Positions 11,501 through 21,994 of a DNA stretch of 64,000 nucleotides are shown here, one piece after another; positions within the stretch are counted from its first letter, which is position 1; every line of letters starts with the position of its first letter. Position numbers and translations under genes: made by a program. Location of the stretch: NCBI GenBank assembly GCA_027923505.1, contig BROI01000026.1:248001-312000 (forward strand), given 5' to 3'. The stretch comes from Mayamaea pseudoterrestris (Eukaryota). The notes below the pieces were generated by a model. The model did not search any database and was not told where the DNA came from. It was given only the letters and a program-made list of their open reading frames with translations.

Positions 11501-14500
11501 CAGGCAGCTACTGTGGACAAGCCTGGGGACACAAAATTCTGGCAGTCCCTGTCACAGAACTTGTAGACTACATGGGCTAGTGATGAATGCATTGCACTTT
11601 TGACATCATGAAACAATGCCTATCAACTGCCAGCTATCAATTTATACCTCTCTGGCTGCTGGAGTGGGTTACGGCAGCCAGCTACTGTGGACAAGCCTGG
11701 GGACACGAATTCTGGCAGTCCCTGTCGCAGAACTTGGAGACTACATGGGCTAGTGATGAATGCATTTCAATTTTGACATCATGAAACGATGCCTGTCAAC
11801 TGCCAGCTATCAATTGATGCCTCTCTGGCTGCTGGAGTGGGTTACGGCAGCCAGCTACTGTGGACAAGCCTGGGGACACGAAATTTTTATAGTCCCTGTC
11901 GCAGAACTTGGAGGCTACATGGGCTAGTGATGAATGCATTGCATTTTTGACATCATGAAACAATGCCTGTCAACTGCCAGCTATCAATTGATACCTCTCT
12001 GGCTGCTGGAGTGGGTTATGGCAGCCAGCTACTGTGGACAAGCCTGGGGACACGAAATTCTGGCAGTCCCTGTCACAGAACTTGGAGACTACATGGGCTG
12101 GTGATGAATGCATTGAACTTTTGACATCATGAAACAATGCTTGTCAACTGCCAGCTATCAATTTATACCTCTCTGGCTGCTGGAGTGGGTTATGGCAGCC
12201 AGATACTGTGGACAAGCATGTGGACACGAAATTTTGGCAGTCCCTGTTGCAGAACTTGGAGACTACATGGGCTAGTGATGAATGCATTTCAATTTTGACA
12301 TCATGAAACAATGCCTGTCAACTGCCAGCTATCAATTGATACCTCTCTGGCTGCTGGAGTGGATTATTATGGCAGCCAGCTACTTTGGACAAGCCTGGGG
12401 ACACAAAATTTTTATTGTCCCTGTTGCAGAACTTGGAGGCTACATGGGCTAGTGATGAATGCATTGCACTTTTGACATCATGAAACAATGCCTGTCAACT
12501 GCCAGCTATCAATTGATACTTCTCTGGCTGTTGGAGTGGGTTATGGCAGCCAGTTACTGTGGACAAGCCTGGGGACAAGCCTGGGGACACGAAATTCTGG
12601 CAGTCCCTGTCGCAGAACTTGGAGACTACATGGGCTAGTGATGAATGCATTGCACTTTTGACATCATGACACAATGCCTGTCAACTGCCAGCTATCAATT
12701 GATACCTCTCTGGCTGCTGGGGTGGGGTACAGGCCACCTGCTATTGTGGACAAGCCTGGGGACACGAAATTCTGGCAGTCCCTGTGGCAGAACTTGGAGA
12801 CTACATGAGCTAGTGATGAATGCATAGCACTTTTGACATCATGAAACAATGCCTGTCAACTGCCAGCAATCAATTTACACCTCGCTGGCTGCTGGAGTGG
12901 GTTACGGCAGCCAGCTACTGTGGACAAGCCTGGGGACATGATATTCAGGCAGTCCCTGTGGCAGAACTTGGAGACTACATGAGCTAGTGATGAATGCATA
13001 GCACTTTTGACATCATGAAACAATGCCTGTCAACTGCCAGCAATCAATTTACACCTCGCTGGCTGCTGGAGTGGGTTATGGCAGCCAGCTACTGTGGACA
13101 AGCCTGGGGACATGAAATTCTGGCAGTCCCTGTGGCAGAACTTGGAGACTACATGAGCTAGTGATGAATGCATTGCACTTTTGACATCATGAAACAATGC
13201 CTGTCAACTGCCAGCAATCAATGTATACCTCTCTGGCAGCTGGAGTGGGTTCCGGCAGCCTGCTATTGTGGACAAGCCTGGGGACACGAAATTCTGGCAG
13301 TCCCTGTGGCAGAACTTGGAGACTACATGAGCTAGTGATGAATGCATTGCACTTTTGACATCATGAAACAATGCCTGTCAACTGCCAGCAATCAATGTAT
13401 ACCTCTCTGGCTGCTGGAGTGGGTTACGGCAGCCTGCTATGTTGGACAAGCCTGGGGACACGAAATTCTGGCAGTCCCTGTGGCAGAACTTGGAGACTAC
13501 ATGAGCTAGTGATGAATGCATAGCACTTTTGACATCATGAAACAATGCCTGTCAACTGCCAGCAATCAATGTATACCTCTCTGGCAGCTGGAGTGGGTTC
13601 CGGCAGCCTGCTATTGTGGACAAGCCTGGGGACACGAAATTCTGGCAGTCCCTGTGGCAGAACTTGGAGACTACATGAGCTAGTGATGAATGCATAGCAC
13701 TCTTGACATCATGAAACAATGCCTGTCAACTGCCAGCAATCAATGTATACCTCTCTGGCAGCTGGAGTGGTTATGGCAGCCAGCTACTGTGGAAAAGCCC
13801 GGGGACACAAAATTCTGGCAGTCCCTGTCGCAGAACTTGTTGACTACATGGGCTAGTGATGAATGCATTGCACTTTTGACATCATGAAACAATGCCTGTC
13901 AACTGCCAGCTATCAATTGATGCCTCTCTGGCTGCTGGAGTGGGTTACAGCAGCCAGCTACCGTGGACAAGCTTGGGGACATGAAATTCTGGCAGTCCCT
14001 GTCGCAGAACTTGGAGACTACATGGGCTAGTGATGAATGCATTGCACTTTTGACATCATGACACAATGCCTGTCAACTGCCAGCTATCAATTGATACCTC
14101 TCTGGCTGCTGGAACGGGTTATGGCAGCCAGCTCCTGTGGACAAGCCTTGGGACACGAAATTCTGGCAGTCCCTGTCACAGAACTTGGAGACTACATGGG
14201 CTAGTGATGAATGCATTGCACTTTTGACATCATGAAACAATGCCTGTCAACTGCCAGCTATCAATTTATACCTCTCTGGCTGCTGGAGTGGGTTATGGCA
14301 GCCAGATACTGTGGACAAGCATGTGGACACGAAATTTTGGCAGTCCCTGTTGCAGAACTTGGAGACTACATGGGCTAGTGATGAATGCATTTCAATTTTG
14401 ACATCATGAAACAATGCCTGTCAACTGCCAGCTATCAATTGATACCTCTCTGGCTGCTGGAGTGGGTTATTATGGCAGCCAGCTACTTTGGACAAGCCTG

Positions 14501-16530
14501 GGGACACAAAATTTTTATTGTCCCTGTTGCAGAACTTGGAGGCTACATGGGCTAGTGATGAATGCATTGCACTTTTGACATCATGACACAATGCCTGTCA
14601 ACTGCCAGCTATCAATTGATACCTCTCTGGATGTTGGAGTGAGTTATGGCAGCCAGTTACTGTGGACAAGACTGGGGACAAGCCTGGGGTCACGAAATTC
14701 TGGCAGTCCCTGTCACAGAACTTGGAGACTACATGGGCTAGTGATGAATGCATTGCACTTTTGACATCGTGAAACAATGCCTGTCAACTGCCAGCTATCA
14801 ATTTATACCTCTCTGGCTGCTGGGGTGGGTTATGGCAGCCAGCTACTGTAGACAAGCCTGGGGACACGAAATTCTGGCAGTCCTTGTTGCAGTACTTGGA
14901 GACTACATGGGCTAGTGATGAATGCATTGCACTTTTGACATCATGAAACAATGCATGTCAACTGCCAGCTATCAATTTACACCTCTCTGGCTGTTGGAGT
15001 GGGTAAAGGCAGCCAGCTACTGTGGACAAGCATGGGGACACAAAATTGTGGCGGTCCTACAGGCAGAAATTGGAGATTACATAGGCTAGTGATGAATGCA
15101 TTGCACTTTTGACATCATGAAACAATGCCTATCAACTGCCAGCTATCAATTTATACCTCTCTGGCTGCTGGAGTGGGTTACGGCAGCCAGCTACTGTGGA
15201 CAAGCCTGGGGACACGAAATTCTGGCAGTCCCTGTCGCAGAACTTGGAGACTACATGGGCTAGTGATGAATGCATTTCAATTTTGACATCATGAAACGAT
15301 GCCTGTCAACTGCCAGCTATCAATTGATGCCTCTCTGGCTGCTGGAGTGGGTTACGGCAGCCAGCTACTGTGGACAAGCCTGGGGACACGAAATTTTTAT
15401 AGTCCCTGTCGCAGAACTTGGAGGCTACATGGGCTAGTGATGAATGCATTGCACTTTTGACATCATGAAACAATGCCTGTCAACTGCCAGCTATCAATTT
15501 ATACCTCTCTGGCTGTTGGAGTGGGTTACGGCAGCCAGCTACTGTGGACAAGCCTGGGGACACGAAATTCTGGCAGTCCCTGTCGCAGAACTTGTAGACT
15601 ACATGGGCTAGTGATGAATGCATTGCACTTTTGACATCATGACACAATGCCTGTCAACTGCCAGTTATCAATTGATACCTCTCTGGCTGTTGGAGTGGGT
15701 TATGGGAGCCAGTTACTGTGGACAAGCCTGGGGACACAAAATTGTGGTAGTCCCTGTCGCAGAACTTGGAGGCTACATGGGCTAGTGATGAATGCATTGC
15801 ACCTTTGACATCATGAAACAATGCCTATCAACTGCCAGCTATCAATTTATACCTCTCTGGCTGCTGGAGTGGATTACGGCAGCCAGCTACTGTGGACAAG
15901 CCTGGGGACACGAAATTCTGGCAGTCCCTGTCGCAGAACTTGGAGACTACATGGGCTAGTGATGAATGCATTTCGATTTTGACATCATGAAATGATGCCT
16001 GTCAATTGCCAGCTATCAATTGATGCCTTTGGCTGTAGGGCACCTACTCGAAGCTTGGGGACACGAAATTTTTATAGTCCCTGTCAAAGAACTTGGAGGC
16101 TACATGGGCTAGTGATGAATGCATTGCACTTTTGACATCATGAAATGCCTGTCAACTGCCAGCTATCAATTGATACCTCTCTGGCTGTTGGAGTGGGTTA
16201 TGGGAGCCAGTTACTGTGGACAAGCCTGGGGACACAAAATTCTGGCAGTCCCTGTCGCAGAACTTGGAGACTACATGGGCTAGTGATGAATGCATTGCAC
16301 TTTTGACATCATGAAACAATGCCTGTCAACTGCCAGCTATCAATTGATACCTCTCTGGCTGCTGGAACGGGTTATGGCAGCCAGCTACTGTGGACAAGCC
16401 TGGGGTCACAAAATTCTGGCAGTCCCTGTCGCAGAACTTGGAGGCTACATGGGCTAGTGATGATTGCATTGCACCTTTGACATCATGAAACAATGCCTAT
16501 CAACTGCCAGCTATTTTTTTATACCTCTCT
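5542..16530. repeat. Satellite A: tandem array of 174-bp monomers, about 63 copies
   Basis: The monomer-start motif (G/A)CTAGTGATGAATGC recurs at 5721, 5895, 6069, 6243, 6417 (period 174). By-eye consensus: GCTAGTGATGAATGCATTGCACTTTTGACATCATGAAACAATGCCTGTCAACTGCCAGCTATCAATTGATACCTCTCTGGCTGCTGGAGTGGGTTATGGCAGCCAGCTACTGTGGACAAGCCTGGGGACACGAAATTCTGGCAGTCCCTGTCGCAGAACTTGGAGACTACATGG. The array is cut mid-monomer by the LTR at 16531. Confidence 0.98.
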
Positions 16531-16859
16531 TGACACAATATTATTGAGTTGAGTTGACCTGCGTCTCATGACAAGACGGTTAGCTACCTGTGTTTTGTAT
16601 GCATTTAATCCTGTGCAGGGTTGAGTCACACTTGTGACCGAATCCTCACATACATGAGTGAAATCGCTGACGATCGAGGCGTGAACCTCGACCGTGAACC
16701 CAGTGAGAACGAGAAAGAAGCGCACGAGTAGAGTAGCGAGTAACATGCACTATTCTAGCAATTGAGTTTGTTTGTTTGCTTTACGCTGGACGAAGAGGTT
16801 GATCGCTCCTAGTCCATTGTAGTCGCTGGAATAAAGGTTCGTCTGATATTATCGTGTCA
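16531..16859 (+). repeat. LTR1 (329 bp)
   Basis: Begins TGACAC, ends GTGTCA (6-bp terminal inverted repeat); AATAAA near the 3' end; repeated at 21447 and 27635. Confidence 0.96.
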
Positions 16860-16873
16860 GATTAACAGTCTTG
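16860..16873 (+). promoter_or_regulatory. Putative primer-binding site complementary to the tRNA-Asn(GUU) anticodon arm (also at 21776-21789)
   Basis: GATTAACAGTCTTG abuts the LTR. Its reverse complement CAAGA-CTGTTAA-TC reads as a 5-nt stem strand, a canonical 7-nt anticodon loop with GTT, and 2 nt that pair back with the stem. Confidence 0.7.
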
Positions 16874-17078
16874 CTAGCTTGTCTTGACCTGAGAGAGCTG
16901 TGCGAAAGAGAGAGAGTGAAAGAATCGAGAAATTGAGAGAGAAAGAGCAGATTCCTTGCGGCGTCGTCAATCCGAATACTTGGCACGAGCGCGTAGAACA
17001 GGATCGTATAAGGCTCGACCGCATTGAGAGCGGTTGTTGTGTGAGAAAGGACTTGCGGAAAGCGAGGTATTCACTATC

Positions 17079-19730
17079 ATGGTTGCGATTACTGCGGAAG
17101 CCTTGCAGCTTCTCTGCACGAACGTTTTCGGACGAGACATCCAAGAAGCGTTCTTGTTTTGGAATGTAACCACCACGACCCAGATGTTGAGATTGACCAA
17201 GGAGCAACTTGAAGCCCCCTACTGGGTCGACAGAGCCGCCATCCCAGCTGGCGTTGAGCAAGAAGAAGGCGCGCAACTCGACGATGCGCCGCCGGACGAC
17301 GAGCCGGCCGAAGAACCGGCCGAAGAACAAGAAGCCGCCGTCCCAGAACGATACGAAGCGACATTAGCACCAGTCTACGTGAACCTTATCCTCGATGCAT
17401 GTGAATGGTTCAACATGCACGACGGACCCCCGAACACCAGGAAGTGGGCGTTGCTTGATTTAGGCAAGCTCGAGCGATTCCAAGAGAAACTCGCCGAACA
17501 AGAAGTCGGTCGAAAGCGTGAAGAAGGACGCTACGTCCTCGAGGCCAAGAAGAAGCAAGCCGAGCTACTTGCCAAGCAACTCGAAAATGAGACCATCAAG
17601 GCTGAGAAGGCCGAAAAGGAAGAAGATGCCAAGGGTCGTTTCTCGAACCTCAAGACGAAACGAGACTACAAGGACTACAAAACGTTCCAACATCCCCACG
17701 CGTGGTTGAGTTGGAGCGCGTCTACCAAGGCAATCGCCAAGCTCCATGGCTGTTCTAACGTGCTCGACAGCAAGTACGTACCAGTCACGGAAGAAGAGAA
17801 ATTAGAGTTCGAGAATCAGCAAGTCTTCATGTACACTGCGTTTCGCAATTGTCTCGAAGTCCCTGGACACCAGTCGCTCCTGATGAAGTACGGCGACAAG
17901 TCTGACGCTCAAAGCGTCTATCGCGAACTCGCGACCAAGTTTGGTTCCGGCGAGTTAGCTACCATCCAAGCGAACGAACTGCAGGCCAAGCTTGCGACGA
18001 TTCGCCTAGATTCGACCTGGACGAAAGGACACTACAAGTTCCTAAACTACATCGAACAGCTCATGAAGAATCTCGAAGAGTTCCGTCCTGGAGTGACGGA
18101 TGACAAGAAGAAGTACTACTGGCTCCGAGCTGCAGTGGAGGGCGACGAAGAATTCGGCCCCACGTGCACGACGTTCGACCAGCACCTGTTATTTGAACGA
18201 CGACGCATCATTAGTGCAAACGGTGACCCAGACGCCGTCGTGACGGAAGATTATGACTATCTTTTCGACATGTTGTCGCAGCAGGCTTTGCGCGTCGACA
18301 ACAAGAACGCCAAGTTGAACAAGGGCAAGAAGAACGCCGACCGCCAAGCGAACAACGCGAACACTTCCGGGCAAGGACGTGGTAATGGACGCGGTTCCGG
18401 TCGCGGCGGAGGACGCGGCGGCCAAGGCGGACGCGGCGGTGGACGAGACGGTGGACGTGGCACCCAATCGGGGCGCGGTTCCGGAGGACGAGGCTCTTCC
18501 GCGCCACTACCAGCAGCCGGTACGCAAGCGCATCGGGAACGATTCCCTGGCGATTATCTGAACTTTGAACAGTTGTTACAGAACCCCTGGTCGTACATGT
18601 GTCGACTCGGCCGACTTAACGAGGACGAATACGCTCAGCTCATGGCTCGACGCGAAGCCGTCCCAAGACCCGCCACCACAAGACGCGCGAACAACGGTAA
18701 CCGCGCGAATAACCAGCAGTCACAAGCGGCTGCCTCGGTGCCTGGTACAATCTTGTATCAGAATGACGCTGTCTCGATCGCCCCGACGACAGCCACTCAA
18801 GGTGCACCGGATGACATGATTAGATCTTTCCTTGCGAACGCCGCGTCGTCTCGCACTCAAGCTGCGAATAACACCCAGCAAGAGTTTATGGGAAGCGACG
18901 GCCGTCGGTACCGCGCAATGGTATTGGTGCGCTACACTGTGAATCGAGCTCGCAGCAACGAGACCCGCCAAGGATCGCTGATTGACGGCGGTGCGAACGG
19001 TGGACTCGCTGGAAGCGATATGAGAATCTTGAGTACTACCAACCACACGTGTAACGTGACAGGTTTGAGCGACCACACGGTTCGCGACCTCCAAGTCGGA
19101 ACTGGCGTCGCATTGATTGAGACTCGGACTGGACCCATTATCGGTCAGTTCAACCAGTATGCTTTGTACGACGGTGCTGAATCCATTCATGCTCCATCGC
19201 AGCTTCGTTCGTTCGGCCATCTGATCGACGACGTCGCTCGCTCCCAGAATGGAGCACAAGCCATTGTCACCAGTTGTGGCAAGACCATCCCCTTGGCGAT
19301 CCGTGACGGCTTGCCTCGTATGGATATCGTCCGCCGACGGGACGCAGAGTTGGAAATGTATCCGACGGTCATTTTCTCTCGCGGACACCCTTTGGGATCC
19401 GCGCTGGATAATGAATGGAGCGAAGAAGAACTTGAGTTTAATCGTCCGACGACGGTGGAAGAAACCCGCGGTTTCGTCGACGCCCGCATGGAGACTGGCG
19501 ACGCCACCTACCGGAACAACATGAATTCAGTGGAACGTGTGGTGCAGTATGTCGATCCGCAATCAGGCTGTCCGACCGCCAAGCCAATGCACACCCGCAT
19601 AATGCCACAAGAACCTGACTCCAGCCCGACCCTACCTTGGCCACGCCACTTGAACGAGTCAAGCGCACCATTAAGAATACGACACAGCTTTTCCGTGCAT
19701 CGGCACACACCCCATTTCGCCACACTTTAA
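17079..19730 (+). CDS. Copia gag-protease ORF, copy 1 (frameshifts out before/within integrase)
   Basis: Track ORF 17034-19730, first ATG at 17079. Gag-like helical region, RGG-rich segment, aspartic protease motif LIDGGANGGLAG. Confidence 0.9.
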   Translation: MVAITAEALQLLCTNVFGRDIQEAFLFWNVTTTTQMLRLTKEQLEAPYWVDRAAIPAGVEQEEGAQLDDAPPDDEPAEEPAEEQEAAVPERYEATLAPVYVNLILDACEWFNMHDGPPNTRKWALLDLGKLERFQEKLAEQEVGRKREEGRYVLEAKKKQAELLAKQLENETIKAEKAEKEEDAKGRFSNLKTKRDYKDYKTFQHPHAWLSWSASTKAIAKLHGCSNVLDSKYVPVTEEEKLEFENQQVFMYTAFRNCLEVPGHQSLLMKYGDKSDAQSVYRELATKFGSGELATIQANELQAKLATIRLDSTWTKGHYKFLNYIEQLMKNLEEFRPGVTDDKKKYYWLRAAVEGDEEFGPTCTTFDQHLLFERRRIISANGDPDAVVTEDYDYLFDMLSQQALRVDNKNAKLNKGKKNADRQANNANTSGQGRGNGRGSGRGGGRGGQGGRGGGRDGGRGTQSGRGSGGRGSSAPLPAAGTQAHRERFPGDYLNFEQLLQNPWSYMCRLGRLNEDEYAQLMARREAVPRPATTRRANNGNRANNQQSQAAASVPGTILYQNDAVSIAPTTATQGAPDDMIRSFLANAASSRTQAANNTQQEFMGSDGRRYRAMVLVRYTVNRARSNETRQGSLIDGGANGGLAGSDMRILSTTNHTCNVTGLSDHTVRDLQVGTGVALIETRTGPIIGQFNQYALYDGAESIHAPSQLRSFGHLIDDVARSQNGAQAIVTSCGKTIPLAIRDGLPRMDIVRRRDAELEMYPTVIFSRGHPLGSALDNEWSEEELEFNRPTTVEETRGFVDARMETGDATYRNNMNSVERVVQYVDPQSGCPTAKPMHTRIMPQEPDSSPTLPWPRHLNESSAPLRIRHSFSVHRHTPHFATL

Positions 19731-21446
19731 GTCGCGATTCCCGCCGCCAATGTGGTTCGTTTCCATGACGATCCGGCGACAGATACCTGGTTTTCAAGGA
19801 AGCCGCCTTTAACGACGGAATCCCGGCCATGGCGGATGCAAGATGATGCAACTGTTCGTCGGCAAGAAGAGTCTGCTGACGAGGATACCCACTGAGAACC
19901 CGAGTGACATGCCCATGGCGCTCGAAGACTTCATTCGAGACATTGGTGCTCCCGACTTGCTCATTAGCGATAACTCGCGAGTGCAGCTCGGGAAGCAAGT
20001 TGAAACCTTGTTGCGATTCTACGCGATTCGTGACCAACAGAGCGAGCCGGATACCAGAACCAGAACCCTGCCGAGCGCGTGCATCCAGAAGTCAAGTCAT
20101 CAGTCCAGAACATCATGAACCGTGGGCGGGCGCGCCGGCTGGAGCCTGGCTCCTATGCGCGCTGTACGTAATCGCCTTATTTAACAATCTGGCAACCGAG
20201 TCCCTCAACTGGAAGACCCCTACTGAAGCCGCCTTCAACCGAGTACCCGACATTTCGCCGTTCCTGCAGTTCAAGTTCTGGGAACGAGTCCTGTACGAAG
20301 CTGGAGCCGACGAGCCGCCGACATTTCCTAACACCAAGGAAGCAGCAGGACGCTGGGTCGGCATTGCAGAGAACAAGGGTGACATCCTCACGTACCAAGT
20401 CCAATCCGATCGGACTGGAATGATTGTTGTCCGATCCAACGTTCGCCCCTTCTCCGAAGGGCGTAACCTACGCGCTGAAGCTGAAAGCGCTCCTGAACCC
20501 GAGTCCGAACGACCGCTGTTCGGACCTGTCTTCGCGCGCGCCCGCGCGCGAACGAGTCCAAGTCGAAACTGTCGACGAGTTTGGACGATGATTATGACCT
20601 AGTCGGTCCGGTGTTTGAACCGACCTTACACCGACCCCAGCGCCTGATTCTGGGGAACCGTGGATGAACGCATTCACGTTGGAAAGCGCTGCCGAGTTAG
20701 CCGGTTTGGATCCCGACGGACCCATGCCGTCCTTTACTCCGGCTGAACTGATGGGACGCACTGTCCTTCTTGACGAGGAAGACGGCTCCACGCGACGTTA
20801 CAAGGTTATCGAGCAACTGAACGATTGCGATGAAGCTAACCACAAGATTATCAAGTTCCGATTGAGTCTCGGCGACGGCGACGTCGACGAGCTTATTACC
20901 TACAACGAACTAGCCGACCTGTGCGAGCGGCAAGATTCTTTACGACTGGGGGACGATGACAACGACGACCAGTACTACAAGTTTGATTTCATTGACGGAC
21001 ATGAAGGTCCACTGACACAAGCCGACACTACGTATCGCGGCTCATCCTACAACTTGCTCATCCAATGGGCAAATGGCGAGAAGACCTGGGAGCCACTCGC
21101 ATTGATCATCAAGTCCGACCCTGTGACTGTTGCCGAGTATGGCAAGCGCAAGGGTATGCTGGAAAAGGATGGATGGAAGCGCTTGAGGCGCATGGCAGGA
21201 CGCACTAAAATGTTTAACCGCATGTGCAAGGCTGCAAAGAAGAACCGTGTCCAAGAAGCGCGTTTCAAGTTTGGCGTTCAAGTTCCAAAGCGGGCCCGCC
21301 CACCGCTGAAACACACGTGGGCGACCCGTCAAGACTGAGACGGAGCAGCTACGAAGTACGACACTTTCATCGACAAGGGCATCGGTGCCTTCATGGAAAG
21401 TGACTGGAAGCGCATCAACGCGCATCTTGTTTTCGACTGCAAGAAC
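19731..21446 (+). pseudogene. Frameshifted integrase, chromodomain-like module and start of RT, copy 1; truncated by LTR2
   Basis: Fragments in different frames: DTWF, FIRDIGAPDLLISDNS, SLNWKTP...PDISPFLQFKFWERV, GRWVGIAENKGDILTY, YNLLIQWANGEKTWEPL, KFGVQVP, HLVFDCK. Confidence 0.85.
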
Positions 21447-21775
21447 TGACACAATATTATTGAGTTGAGTTGACCTGCGTCTCATGACAAGACGGTTAGC
21501 TACCTGTGTTTTGTATGCATTTAATCCTGTGCAGGGTTGAGTCACACTTGTGACCGAATCCTCACATACATGAGTGAAATCGCTGACGATCGAGGCGTGA
21601 ACCTCGACCGTGAACCCAGTGAGAACGAGAAAGAAGCGCACGAGTAGAGTAGCGAGTAACATGCACTATTCTAGCAATTGAGTTTGTTTGTTTGCTTTAC
21701 GCTGGACGAAGAGGTTGATCGCTCCTAGTCCATTGTAGTCGCTGGAATAAAGGTTCGTCTGATATTATCGTGTCA
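21447..21775 (+). repeat. LTR2 (329 bp), internal
   Basis: Same sequence as LTR1 at offset 4916; preceded by RT sequence rather than a polypurine tract. Confidence 0.96.
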
Positions 21776-21994
21776 GATTAACAGTCTTGCTAGCTTGTCT
21801 TGACCTGAGAGAGCTGTGCGAAAGAGAGAGAGTGAAAGAATCGAGAAATTGAGAGAGAAAGAGCAGATTCCTTGCGGCGTCGTCAATCCGAATACTTGGC
21901 ACGAGCGCGTAGAACAGGATCGTATAAGGCTCGACCGCATTGAGAGCGGTTGTTGTGTGAGAAAGGACTTGCGGAAAGCGAGGTATTCACTATC

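Noticed and set aside
8094..13887. Track ORFs of 60-95 aa inside satellite A
   Set aside because: They arise where single indels or substitutions join frames of the repeat; no independent coding evidence.
5542..16530. Satellite A as a CRISPR-like or guide array
   Set aside because: Monomers are similar over their whole length with no unique spacers; no cas-like genes nearby; eukaryotic context.
16519..16746. Antisense 75-aa ORF in the LTR (also at 21042-21662 and 27620-27850)
   Set aside because: Recurs only because the LTR is repeated; no recognisable domain.
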